Shown piece after piece: positions 1-12,829 of a stretch of 64,000 bases of DNA (the stretch's first letter is position 1; the number at the start of each line of letters is the position of its first letter). The stretch lies in NCBI RefSeq assembly GCF_009914755.1, contig NC_060948.1; one strand, written 5' to 3'. The translations under genes were made by a program, and so were the position numbers. Under the pieces are notes generated by a model. That model saw only the letters and a program-made list of their open reading frames with translations, did no database searches and was not told the DNA's origin. Source of the stretch: the human T2T-CHM13v2.0 reference genome, Homo sapiens.

Positions 1-8
1 TTTTTCCC

Positions 9-2080
9 ACAAGACGGTGGATTAGAGGCATTTAGCATGCCTCGGCTGCTTGGAAATAGCAAGATAGTGCATAAAGATCAACTCTGTGAGCTTCAATTCA
101 AAAAGGAAAATGTGAATCCACCAGAGTCATGAAGGACACCCCAGATCAGGAGAGCAGAGGACACTGGCAAACAGCCACTATGATGGCATCTGGCTGATAA
201 AATTTAGTGCAACCACAGTATGTGAGAGAGGAAGAGAGTCTTTCTCTGTGACTCACATTTACACTGGAGATCTGAGGCAACCCAAGCCGAGGCAGAGCAT
301 TTTTTTTTTCTCCCAAGACGAGAGCTAACCTGAGAAGAAGCTTGGAGATGCTGTGAGGAAAAGACATGAATAAAAGCTGCAGGCGTTTTCCCAGACCTGG
401 GACTGAGAACAGAACACCATTTTTAATCTGGGTGCAACAAAGTCAGCCATTCTTTGGTGATCCGGCAGTGTGGCCATGCAAACATTTCAGTCTCAGGCTG
501 GAAATTTGAGTGCTCGTTTTGGAGATGGGTAAGGACATTCACAGCTAGAACTGTGGAAAGTGCCTCAGCAGTAAGCAATGGAATTTTGCTCTCCCCCATC
601 TCAAACCTGCAGCAGGAGGAGAGCTGCTATAGCTGCAATTTCTCCTGGGCTGTGAACCTTGCAGCCAAAGCCACCTTGATGACCTAGAACCAATCTATGT
701 GTCCCATAACTGTGTGCCCCAGACTGCTCCCCTGAGATCTTGGTGCAGCGGGCCCCTCTCTGCTCCACTCCCAGGCAGAAATCCAGGCATTTGGAGGATT
801 CACTTCTCTGCAACTGCAGCCTGAGTTGCCCTATCCTACATTGACATAGATCACAGTACAGTGGGGCCCTCTCTGCTCTATGGCCACGGAGGTATCTAGG
901 CATTTGGAGAACACACTCACTTGGATCTACAGCCTGACCTGACCTACAATTTCTGTGCTGAGATCTTTGTGCAAGAAGTCCTTATCTGCTTCAGGCCCAA
1001 AAGTATCTCCAGGAATTTTGAGCAATCCCTCATCTAGATCAGCAGACTGAGCCACCTGACCCTTCTAGGACATAGATTGTGGTGCAGTGACACCCTCTCT
1101 GCCCCATGCCTGGGCAAATCTCCAAGCATTTGGAACACCAACTTGCCTGGATTAGTGGCCAGAGCCACCTCACCCTTCCTGTTCAGAGATCCTCATGCCA
1201 GGGGGGCCTTCTCTGCTACATGCCCAGGCAGATCCCCAGGCATTTGGTGTGCTTACTCCTGGATTAGGAGTTTATTCCACTCCTGATTCCTATGCAAAGA
1301 ATTTGAGGCTGAGGAAATTCCCCAGTTCCAGGCTTAGGCACACCTCTGAGTGTTTGGTGGTCATCCAGCGAATGCTTTCTCAGTGCAGTTGCTTGTGCCT
1401 GCCATGAGGGGACCTGTAGATAGACCCTGACCATTGTAACCTCAGAACCCTGGGGTTAAGCAGGGAGGTCAGACTCCTGGGCATTTTGCAAAATAGCCCA
1501 TTGCCTAGGCAACAGACAGTAAACAAGGATCAAGTGTATACCCAGCTGCATGGGTCACAGGCAGCTCTTACCTGTAAGTTTTTACCTACTGGATTGTACG
1601 TTGAACTGCACAGCCCAACATAAAACCTGCTGAAAGAAGAGCATAGGGCTGTAGGAGCAAAACCAACAAACCCTATCCAGCATTCCTTACAGTCACACAC
1701 ACTAGGGAGGGGAGCAATAGGAAAAAGAAGGAAAGAAAAGAAACCAATAATATTTAGAGAAAGAAATAAAAAGAAAAAAATCCTAACTGAATAAAAGTAA
1801 CTATAGAAATTAGAAACGCCAGCATCTCCAGATGAGAAGTAACCAGAGCAAACATTTTGGTACCATAAAAAATCAGAATGTAATGACACCACCAAAGGAT
1901 CACACTAGCTCTCTAGCAATAATCAGTAAATAAAAGGAAAGCTTGGAAATGGCGGATAAAGAATTCAAAGCATAGATTGCGAGGAAACTCAATGAGATCC
2001 AAGACAATGTTGAAAATCAACACAAAAAAGCTTCTAAAGCAATCTGGAAACTGAAGGAAGAGAAAAACATTCAAAAAGAT
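9..2080 (+). mobile_element. L1 5' UTR plus start of ORF1 (L1PB/L1PBa-like 5' end), 3'-truncated
   Basis: Begins with an L1-type AAGA(T/C)GG..GATTAGAGGC terminus and contains a 113-bp tandem array. ATG at 1832 reads MRSNQSKHFGTIKNQNVMTPPKDHTSSLA, resembling the old-primate L1 ORF1 N-terminus, then a stop. Similarity ends ~2080. Confidence 0.75.
735..1300 (+). repeat. Diverged 113-bp tandem repeat (~5 copies) inside the L1 5' UTR
   Basis: Anchor AGAT(C/T) at 735, 848, 961, 1074, 1187 (exact 113-bp spacing), each followed by diverged versions of CCCTCTCTGCT and CCAGGCATTTGG. Confidence 0.85.
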
Positions 2081-2164
2081 TTCGGGATAATCTTTTCTCA
2101 GAAACTGGAGATTTACTTGTAAAGTCATATTTGCACAGTGCTGTATTCACATTATGTAAATATA

Positions 2165-2204
2165 TTTTTTTTATTATACTTCAAGTACTGGAATACATGT
2201 GCAG
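2165..2204 (-). mobile_element. ~40-bp L1PA 3'-terminal fragment
   Basis: TTTTTTTTATTATACTTCAAGTACTGGAATACATGTGCAG matches the reverse complement of the L1PA 3' terminus seen in this window at 25021-25055. Confidence 0.65.
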
Positions 2205-2324
2205 CAAATATTTTTAACTGATTATCTCTAACAGACTATTCCAGGTTTTTAATTGATTTCATCATTATTTAATACATATTTTATAAGTATATTTTTCTTC
2301 AGGAAGTTTTTAAATCTTAAAAAG

Positions 2325-4880
2325 AGGGGAGATCATGCAGTGTTTCTCTTTCTGTGTCTTGTTTATTTCACTTAGTAGAGAGTCCTCCAGCTCTTTCTAT
2401 GCTGTAATAAATGGCAGGATTTTCTTTTTTATAAAGGCTGAATAGTGTGTGTGTGTGTGTGTGCACGCACGTGTGTGTGTGTGTTCATTTGTTGAAGGAC
2501 ATTTAGGCTGTTTTCATATTTTGGCTATTGTGAATAATGCTGCAATTAAAAGGGGAGTTCAGGGCTCTCTTCATGATTCTGTTTTCCATTATTTGAGTAC
2601 ATACCCAGAATTGGTATTGCTGGATAAAGTGGTATTTCTATTTTTAGTTTTTTGAGGAACTACTGTGCTGTTTTTCATTTGGGCTGTATCAATTAGCAGT
2701 TTTAAGCTTTACCTTTATGCCTGTCATGTATTTTGAGTTTATTTTTGTGTATGGTGTGAGATAATATACAAGAGCTTCTTTTCTTCACATCCTTGCCAAC
2801 ACTTATCTTTTTTTTTTAATAGTCACTCTTATAACAGGTGTGAGATGATATCTCATTGTGGTTTTGATTTGCATTTCCCTGATGATTAGATGAACACCTT
2901 TTCATATGCATGTTGGCCATGTGAATTTCTGTTTTGTGGATTTTTGTTCATTTATTAATTGGATTATTTGTATTCTTGGTATTGAATTGCAAGTGTACCT
3001 TACATATTTTGGATATTAATCCCTTATCAGATATATAATTTGCAATTTTTTTCTCAATCTGTAAGTTGCCTTTTCATTTTGTTGATGGTTTCCATTGTTG
3101 CAAAGATGCTGTTTAGTTTGGTATAATCCCACTTGTCTGTTTGTGTTTTTGTTGCCTGTGTTTTGGTATAATATCCAAAATATTATTGCTAAAAAAAAAT
3201 GTCAGGAAGGGCTTTTTCCAAGGTTTTTTTGCTAGGATTTGTATGGTTTCAAGTTTTATGTTTAAGTCTTTAATCTATTTAGAGTTTGTTTTTATGTATG
3301 TTGTGTAATAGGGGTTCAGTTTCATTGTTTTGTGTATGGATATCTGATTTTCCTAGCACTGTTTGCTAAAAAGACTATCCTTTCTCCATTGTGTGTTCTT
3401 AGCACCCTGATGGGAGAACAGTTGGTTCTAAATATGTGGGTTTATTTCAGCATTCTCTCTTTTCTTCTATTGATCTATATATCTGTTTATATGTCAGTAC
3501 CACATCGTTTTCTTTACTACAGCATTGTAATATAATATGAAGTCAAAAAGCATGATATCTCCTGCTCTGTTTTTGCTCAAGATTGCTTTAGCTATTCAGG
3601 GATTTTGTGGTTCTGTTAGAATTTTAGAATTATTTTCTATTTTTGAAAAATATGCCTTTGGAATTCTGATAGAAATTGCATTGAGTGTGTAGATTGCCTT
3701 GGTTTATATGGACATTATGACAGTATTAATACTTCCAATATATTAACATGGAATGCATTTTTACTTATTTCTGTCTTTTAAAAGTTTCCTCATTTATGTT
3801 TTATAATATTGAGTGTATAGGTCTTTACCTCTTTAGTTAATTCTTAAGTATCTTAATTTTTTGTTATTTTTATTGTTAATGCAAATAGGATAGGTTTCTT
3901 ATTTCCCTTTTGGATAGTTTGTTGTTGGTGTATAGAATTGCAACTGATTATTGTATTTTGATTTTGTATTCCATAATTGTGTTGATTTCTTTTATTAGTT
4001 ATAACAGGTTTCCATGGAGTCTTCAGTGTTTTCTACTTATACAGTCATATCATCTGCAAACAAAGATATTTTTACATCCAATCTTTTGCTGTAGATGTTT
4101 TTGTTTCTTTTTCCTGCCTGATTGCTCTGGTTAGAACTCCTAATACGATGTTAAATAACAGGGATAAGAGCGGACACCTTTGCCATGTACTGAATCTTAG
4201 AAGAAACTATTTCATTTTTTCTCCATGAATTTTGATGTTAACTGTGGGTTTTTCACATATGGCCTTTATTGTGTTGTGGTATATTTCTTTTATACCTATA
4301 GTGTTGACTTTTTTTTTTGTCATGAAGGGATGTTACATTTTGTTTAATGCCTTTTGTTAATCTTTTGAGATAATTATGAGGTTTTTGCCTTTTGTTCTAC
4401 TAATGTCATATATTGAATTGGTTAATGTTTGTATGTTGAAACATCCTTTAATTCTAGGAATAAATCCCTTTTAGTTACAGTATATGATCCCTTTAATGTG
4501 CTGCAGAATTTGGTTTGAAAGTATTTTACTTAGGATAAACACATCTATGTTCATCAGAAATATTGTTCTGTAGTTTTATTTTCTGATATCATCCTTGTCT
4601 GGCTTTGGAATCAGAGTGATGCAGTCCTCATGAAGTGAGTTTTCAGTGTTCCCTCTTTTATTTTTAGGGGAGAGCTTAAAATAATTCATGTTCATTCTTT
4701 CTTAAATGTTTGGTGGAATTCCTTTTTAAAGCCATATAGTGCTGGCTTTTTTTTGTTAGAAAATGTTTGATTACATATTCTATCTCTTTGTTATTAATTT
4801 GTTCAAGCTTTCTACATCTTTTTTGTTCTATCTGGATAGATTATGTGTTTATAGAAATGTATCTATTCAGGTAATCCAGT
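2325..4880 (-). mobile_element. L1M (L1MA/L1MB-type) 3' UTR and ORF2 3' half, decayed
   Basis: Continuous antisense L1 motifs (GAGATCATGCAGT..TTTATTTCACTTAG; TTGATTTGCATTTCCCTGATGATTAG; TCTTTTGAGATAATTATGAGG); no intact ORF. Confidence 0.85.
2445..2483. repeat. (TG)n microsatellite with a central GCACGCAC interruption
   Basis: Direct reading; alternating purine-pyrimidine throughout. Confidence 0.9.
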
Positions 4881-4889
4881 AGATAACCA

Positions 4890-5182
4890 AATATATATCT
4901 ATATATCCATAACTACATTTATATCTATAATTGTCTATGCATGGCTATATATGTCTACATACATCTCTCTTTATATATATATATATAGTCTGTGTGTATA
5001 TGTGTAAATACATATATATATGCCTCTATATGTCTCTATATGGCTTTTATACAAACATACACATTTTCTCTCTATATAGATAGGCATAGGTAGGTATACC
5101 TATATAAGGATTTATAGATAGAATTCATTCATGTGTGTATGTATATGTATATAATGTTTACACACATACACACATATATATT
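4890..5182. repeat. Degenerate (TA)n/(TG)n/(CA)n low-complexity tract
   Basis: Direct reading. Confidence 0.8.
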
Positions 5183-5187
5183 TACAT

Positions 5188-5575
5188 CTTAAATAGGTCA
5201 TATTTGTTAATTATATTGTTCAGATCTTCTATCTTATTACTAATGTTCTTATGCTAGATTATTCTGTCAGCAATTGAGTTATGATGAAGTCTCTCATTCT
5301 GATTCTGACTTTCTTTTGAAGTCTTAAAATTTATTTTGAAAAGATTTTTATTTGCATATATATTTAATTATAATATATTCCTCATCAATTGACTCATTTA
5401 ATATCATGTAACAGCTTTCTTTTTTCTAGTGAAACTCTTTGCTTTAAACCCATTTGTCTAATATTATAGGTCTATTCATTTTGTTTTAGTGTTTGCATGA
5501 TAAATACTTTCCATTGCCTAATTTTGAAATTTCTGTATTCATATATTTACGACATGTCTCTTTTTTAAAGAGTCC
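5188..5575 (-). mobile_element. Ancient L1M fragment (ORF2 endonuclease region)
   Basis: Resembles a diverged antisense EN region (TTGTTCAGATCTTCTAT..; GAAGTCTCTCA..; TTTGTCTAATATTA), homologous to 8850-9250. Confidence 0.55.
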
Positions 5576-5608
5576 ATTAGAAAGTTTCTAAAACCCAGAC
5601 TGGATTTT

Positions 5609-5647
5609 ACACACACACCTGTACACACACACACACACACACACACA
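5609..5647. repeat. (CA)n microsatellite, interrupted
   Basis: Direct reading. Confidence 0.9.
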
Positions 5648-5649
5648 TA

Positions 5650-5965
5650 TCCACCAACACAGTCAAGAATCAGAACACTTACTGCAGGATCCCTCATGTT
5701 GCCCTTTTTAATTACAGCCACTTTCCTGCTGCTCCTTACCCCCTATCTTGTTCTTAATGTCTGGCAGGCACTAACTTAATCTTCATTTCTATAAATCAGT
5801 TATTTTATGTTTAATGAATGGAATTAAACAATATGTGATTTTGGGGGATTGGTCTTTCTTCACTGAGTGTAATTCTGTGGAGATTAATCCAATGTGTTTC
5901 ATGCATAATGAGTCTACTTTTTTATTGCTGAGCAGTATTCTATGGAACAAATGTAATATAATTTG
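5650..5965 (-). mobile_element. L1MC/L1MD-type 3' UTR fragment
   Basis: CAGTCAAGAATCAGAAC..AGGATCCCTCATGTTGCCCTTTT and TTTTATTGCTGAGCAGTATTC motifs. Confidence 0.6.
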
Positions 5966-5969
5966 CCTG

Positions 5970-8900
5970 TGTTACAGTGTACAAGGGTTTCCTTTTCTCC
6001 ACATCTCTGCCAGCATTTGTTATTGCCTGTCTTTTGAATATATGCCATTTTAAATGAGATGAGATGATATCTCATTGCAGTTTTCATTTGCACTTCTCTG
6101 ATGATCAGTGATGTTGAAAACCTTTTCATATGCCTGCTTTCCATTTGTATGTCTTCTTTTGAGAATAAATATTCAAATCTTTAACCCATTATTTTAATTT
6201 GGTTATTAGGTTTCTACCTATACAGTTGTTTGAGCTTCTTATATTTTCTGGTTATTAGTCCCTTATCAGATGGGTAGTTTGCAAATATTTTCTCCCATTC
6301 TGTGGGATTTTTTTCACTTTGTTGTTTTCTTTGCTGTGAAGAAGTATTTAACTTGAGGTGATCCTATTTGTTGTGCATTTTTGCTTTGGTTGCCTGTGCT
6401 TGTGGGATATTGCTCAAGAAATTTCCACCCAGACTAATGTCCTGGATATATTTCCCAATGTTTTCTTGTAGTAGATTTATAGTGTGAGGTAGCTTTTAGA
6501 TTTAAGTCTTTAATGTCTTTTGATTTCATTTTTGTATGCTGTGACAGATAGGGGTCTAGTATCATCAGTCTATATATGGATATCCAGTTTCCACAGCACC
6601 GTTTATTGAAGAGACTGTCTTTCCCCAGTGTATGTTCTCAGCATCTTTGTCAAGAATGAGTTAACTATAGGTGTATGAATTTGTTTCTGGGTTCTCTAGT
6701 CTGTTCTACTGTTTGGCATGTCTGTTTTACACAAGTATCATGCTGTTTTGGTTACTATACCTCTGTAGTATTATTTGAAGTCAAGTAATGTGATTTCTCC
6801 AGTTTTGTTCTTTTGGCTTAGGATAGATTTGTCTATTCTGGGTCTTTTTTGGTTTCCTATAAATTTTAGGGTTTTTTAAAAATATACCTGTGCAGAATGA
6901 TGTTGGTGTTTTGATATAGATTGCATTGAATCTGTAGATTGTTTTGGGTAGTAGTGACATTTTTAACAATATTGGTTATTCTAATCTATAGACATAGAAT
7001 ATATTTCCATTTTTTGGTGTCCTCTTACATTTCTTTTCTCAGTGAAAACCTTTTTTGTTATAGAGAACTTTCACTTTGGTGAAGTTAACTCCTAGGTATT
7101 TCATTTTATGTGTGGTATTGTAAATGGGATTATTATTTTTTAAAATTCTTTCTCAGATTTTCACTTTTGGCATATAGAAATGTTACTGATTTTTGAATGT
7201 TGATTTTGAATCCTACAAATTTATTGAATTTGATTACCAGTTGTAAGGTTTTTGATGGATTATTTAGGTGTTTCTAAATATAAGATTATATCATCAGAAA
7301 GAAACAATAATTTGACTTCTTCTTTTCCAATTTGAATGTTCTTTATTTCTTTCTCTTGTCTGATTGGTCTAGCTAGAACTTCGAGTACTATGTTGAAAAG
7401 CAGTGGTAAAAGTGGGTATCTTTGTTTGTTGAGTTCCAAATCATAGATAGAAGGTTTTCAGCTTTTCCCCATTCTGTGTGATACTAGCTGTAGATCTGTC
7501 TTACATGGCTTTTATAATGCTGAAGTATGTTCCTTCTATAACATGTGTTTTTCAGGGTTTGTATCATGAAGGGGTGTTGAGTTGTAACAAATGATTTTTC
7601 ATTATCAATTGAAATAATCATATGTCTTTGATCAGCCTGTTGATATCATTTTTATCACATTGATTGATTTCCACATATTGAACCATCTTCACATCCCGAG
7701 GATAAATACCACTAGTTAATGATGAATAATCTTTTTATTATATTGTGGAATTCTGTCTGCTAGTACATTGTTGAGGATTTTTGCATCAATAGTGAACAGA
7801 GATATTGCCCTGTGGTTTTCTTTTTTAATGTATTGGTTTTTTGTTTGTTTGTTTTTGTAGAAGGGTAATACTGGCCTCATCGAATGAGTTTGCAAGGATT
7901 CACTCCTCCTCTATTTTTTTGGAAGACTTTGAGTAGGATTGGTATTTGTTGTTCTTTAAATGTCTGATGGAATTCAGTTGTGAAGCCATTAGGTCCCAGG
8001 CTTTACTTTACTAGGAAACTTTTTATTATGGCTATGATCCCATTACTTGTTATTTATTGGTTCAAGTTTTGGATTTCTTCCTGGTTCAATTTTGATAGGT
8101 TGTATGTGTTTAGGAATTTTTCCATTTCATCTATATTTTCCAATTTATTGGCACTTCGTTGCTCATAGCAGCCACTAATGATGCTTTGAGTTTCTGCAGC
8201 ATCAGTTGTAATGTCTCCTTTTTTCAATTCTGATTTTGTTTATTTTGATCTTCTCTGCTTTATTCTCAGTCTGTCTAAAGGCTTGTAAATTATATTTAAC
8301 TTTTCAAAAAACCAACTTTTTGTTTCACTCATCTTTTCTACTGTTTTCATCCTTTTCATTTATTTCTGCTCTAATCCTTATTATTTCTTTTCTTCTCTTC
8401 TTACTTTTTTGGTCCTTTATGATGCATCATTAGATTGTTTATTTGACTTTTTTTTTTCATTTTTGATGTAGGCACTTGTAGCTATAAACTTACCTCTGAG
8501 TACTACTTTTGCTGTATTCCATAGGTTTTGGTATGTTGTATTTGCATTATTATTCATTTCAAGAAATTATTCCATTTTCTTCTTAATTTCTTCATCAACC
8601 CACTGGCCCTTCAGGAGCATATTATTTAATTTCCATGTATTTGTATAGTTTCCAAAATTCCTCTTGTTATTGAGTTCTTGTTTTTTCTGTTGTTGTCACA
8701 GAAATACTTGATATTCTTTTTTTGTTGGTGTTTTAAGACTTGTTTTGTAACCTAACATATGGTTTATTCTTGAGAATGGTCCATGTGCTGAGTAAAATAA
8801 TATGTTTTCAGCAGCTTTTTGATTAAATATTCTGTAAATATCTATTAGGTCCATTTGCTCCATAGTGCAGACTGAGTCTGATGTTTCTTTATTGATTTTC

Positions 8901-11900
8901 TGTGTGAAAGATCTGTCTAATACTGAAAGTAGGATGTTGAAGTCTCTAGCTATTATTGTATTGGGGCTTCTCTCTCTCTTTAGCGCTAATATAATTTTCT
9001 TTATATAGTGGGTGTTCCAATGTTGGGTACATATATATTTTAAATTGTTATATCATCTTGTTGAATTGATTCCTTTATTATTATATAATGACCTTGTCTC
9101 TTTTTATAATTTCTGTCTTGAAATCCATTTTGTCTGATGTAAGTATAGCAACTCCTGCTGTTTTGTGGTTTTCACTGGATTGGAAGGTTTTTCTATCTTT
9201 TTATTTTTAGCCTATGCATGTTTTTATATGGGAAGTGTGTTTCTTGTAGGCAACAGATCAATGGGTCTTGTTCTTTCATCCATTCAGCTACTCTATGACT
9301 TTTGTTAGGATAGTTTAGTCCATTTCCATTCAGTTATTATTAACAAGTAAAGACTTCAGCCTTGTTGTTATTTGTTTTCTTGTTGTTTTATGTAATTTTT
9401 TATACCTTCCTTACTTTTTTCCTATATTACATTCGTGAAGATAATCATCTCAATATGATTTAGTTTCCTGCTATTAATTGTCCGTGTATCCATTGTATGT
9501 TTTCTGGTTTGTGGTTACCATGAAGCTCGCAAATGCTATCTTAAAACTCATTATTTTGAGCTGATAACAACTTAACACAATTTGCTTAAACAAACGAGTA
9601 TAAAAAACTAAATAAACTCAATGACTGAAATTCATCTCCTTGCTTTTTAACTTTTTATTTATTATTTATATTTCACTGCACTGTCTATGTCTTGAAAAGT
9701 TGTCGTAGTTATTATTTTTGATTGGTTCATCCTTTAATCTTTTTACTTAGAATAAGAGTGGTTTTCATACCATATTTACAATGTTAGAATATTCTGTGTT
9801 TTTTTCATGTACTTAATATTACCTGTGATTTTTGTACCTTCAGGTGATTATGTTTTGCTCATTAACATTCTTTTCTTTCTGATTAATGTACTGCCATTAG
9901 CATTTCTTGTAGGACAGGTCTGGTGATAATGAAATACCTCAGCTTTGATTTTTCTGGGAAAGTCTTCATTTCTCCTTCATGTTCGAATGCTATTTCCTCA
10001 ATATATATTATTCTAGGGTAAAAGTTTTCCTTTTTCTTCAGCATTTTAAATATATCATGCCACACTCTCCTGGCACTCTCTCCTGGTGAGGTAAGTTTTC
10101 CACTGAAAAGTCTGCTGCCAGTCATTTTGGAGTTTTATTGTGTGTTATTTATTTATTTTTTTCTTACTGCTTTTAGGATCCCTTCTTCATCCTTGACCTT
10201 TGAGAGTTTGATTATTAAATGCCTTGAGGTAGTATTCTTTGGGTTAAATCTGCTTGGTGTTCAACAACCTTCTTGTACTTGGATATTGATATCTTCCCCT
10301 AGGCTTGGGAGTTCTCTGTTATTATCCCTTTGAATAAACCACTATTCTTTCTCTCCCTCCTCTTTAAGGCCAACTACTCTTAGATGTTTTTGAGGCCATT
10401 TTCTAGATTCTGTAGGCATGCTTTGTTGTTTTTTTTTTCTTTTGTCTCCTATGACTGTGTATTTTCAAGTAGCCTGTCTCTAAGCTCATTAATTTTTTCT
10501 TCTGCTTGATCAATTCTGCTCTTAAAAGACGATGAATTTTTCAGTATGCCAGTTGCATGTTTTTAGCTCCAGAATTTCTGCTTTATTCTATTTACTTATT
10601 TCAATCTCTTTGTTAATTTATCTGAGAGGATTCTGAATTCCTTGTCTGTGTTATCTTGAATTACTTTGAATTTCCTCAAATCAATTATTTTAAGCTTTTT
10701 TGTCTGAAAAGTCATATATCTCTATTTCTCCAGCATTGGTTCTTGACACCTTATTTAGTTCATTTGGTGAGGTCATGTTTTCCTGGATCATCTTGATATT
10801 TGTGGATGTTTGTCTGTGTCTGGGTGTTGAAGAGTTAGGTATTTATTGCAGTCCTCACTGTCTTCATTTGTTTGTACCTGTCCTTGGAAGGGTTTTCCAG
10901 ATATTCAAAAGGATGTGTGTTTTCATAACACCATATATGCTTTTGGGAATGCCTCAAGCCCAGTAATGTTATTGTTTTTGCAGACTCCTAGAGGTACCAC
11001 CTCAATCATCTTGTAAAAGATCCAGAGAAATTCTCTCGATTACCAGGCAGAGACTCTTGTTCTCTTCTCTTACTTTTTCACAAAGAAATTGAGTATCTTA
11101 TGCTGTTTTGAGCCACCTAAATCTGGGAGTGAAGTAACACAAGTACCCCTGTGGCCACCATCACTAGGACTGTACTGAGTCAGACATGAAGCCAGCATAA
11201 CACTAGGTCTTCCCCAAGACCTGCTGTAACCACTTTCCTGGCTACTAACTATGTTAGCTTAAGGCCTGTTTACTAAAGGCCTTGACAATCAGCATGTGGC
11301 AAAGCCAGCCAGGCCTGTGTCCTTTCACTCATGGCAGTGAGTTACCCCAGCACCTAATGGGACCAGAGGTTCTTTCCAGAAGTGAGGGATTAGAGTAAAA
11401 ACTTAGACGTCTACCTGGTATTCTATTGTATTGCTGCTGACCTGGCACTCACACCACAAGATGGGGTCTTTCTTATTCTTCCTTCCTCTTTCCAAAGGCA
11501 GAGCAGTCACATCTCATGGCCAACACCACTACAAGCCCATGGGGAGTACTGCCAGACTACTGCTGATGTTTCCGTAAGGCCCAAGGTCTCTTAAGTCAGC
11601 TTGTGATGAATGCTGTCTGGCCTGGGACTCACTGTTCAGAGCAGTGAGCTCCCCTCTTTCCCAGAGCATGTCCAGAAATGTTATCCAAGAATCATGTTCT
11701 GGAATTGGAAACCCCAAGATTCTACTTGGTGCTCTCCCACACTATGGCTGAGCTGGTACCTTGTGTCAGCAAGTCTCAGAGTTTCACTTGAGGCCTTCAT
11801 TGTAGTACGTGGATATCACTCTTGGTTATTCAGAGCTCAAGGGCTCTTCAGTAAGCAGGTAATAAATGGTTCCAAGACTAGGTCTTTTTCTTCAAGGCAG

Positions 11901-12820
11901 TAGGTTTGCTTGTGGCCTAGGCTGTGTCTAGAAATGTCTGGGATCCAGCGCCTGGAATGGGGGGCCTCAAAACTGTGATCAGTACCCTATTCTGCTGTGG
12001 CTGAGCTCATATCTAAGATGCAAGACAAAGTCCTCCCCACTATTTTCTCTACTCTCCTCAGTTGAAAAGAAAAGGCATCTCTTGGAGCCACAAGTTGTGC
12101 AGCCTGGGGCTAGGTGTGGAGTGATGCCAGCACTCCCACATCCATGTTAGCTGGTGTCTCAGTAGATCATGTCACCCCCAGCTCATTGTCTCTGGGCCCA
12201 GTTCAGCCCTGGGACTCACCTAAGAGTTACAGTCCTTATGGTCTAGACTGTCTTTCAAGTTTACTTAGAGACACAGAGCACAGCCTGGGGCTGTGAGGTT
12301 TGCAGGAACTCAAGTTCCATCCCCTGGGATCCTGGGATCTACAATTCCCCTCTAGCAAGGACTGGTTTATATGCGCCCACTATGGTTTATATGCTGACAC
12401 CATGGGTGAGTGTCAGCTGAGTTTGGCCTAATTTTCCTTTCTACTCCCACCACTAGTTTATATGCTGACACCATGGGTGAGTGCCATCTGAGTTTGGCCT
12501 AGTTTTCCTTTCTGCTCTAACAGGGCAGCACTGAGTTCAGTGCCTCACAGTTTGCTGTGTTCTCCATCCCCCCAGACACAGAAATGCTCTCTGCACCATG
12601 CTGCTGCCAGTGGGTGTGGCAGGGGTGGCATCAGCAATTCAATACTTTTTTTTCCTCCTCAGTGCATCATGTAACAATACAAAGTTAAAAGCAGGTACTG
12701 AGAGTGCTCACCTGTGGTGCTTTGCTCAAGTAAATAGTTATTAAATTGGTGTCTTTGCAGGAGGGTGTCGGGGGTGGATGATGGATGGAGCTTTATATTC
12801 TTTCATCTTGTTCTGCCTCT
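5970..12820 (-). mobile_element. Near-full-length L1MA-lineage element (L1M1/L1M2-type 5' end), lacking its 3' terminus
   Basis: Antisense ORF2 remnants (5914-6144 [39 protein letters not shown]; 6781-6969) and ORF1 C-terminus at 9883-10125 (ARRVWHDIFKMLK..YPRIIY..HEGEMKTFP..TRPVLQEML). Long inter-ORF spacer. 5' end at ~12820 reads GAGGCAGAACAAGATG on the minus strand. Confidence 0.85.
12385..12517. repeat. 71-bp-period tandem duplication within the L1 5' UTR
   Basis: GTTTATATGCTGACACCATGGGTGAGTG..GAGTTTGGCCTA.TTTTCCTTTCT.CTC at 12385 and 12456; partial GTTTATATGC at 12365. Confidence 0.9.
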
Positions 12821-12829
12821 TTTATATGT

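Noticed and set aside
735-1300. Regularly spaced repeats resembling a CRISPR array
   Set aside because: Whole units are homologous with no unique spacers, there are no cas genes, and the context is a primate L1 5' UTR.
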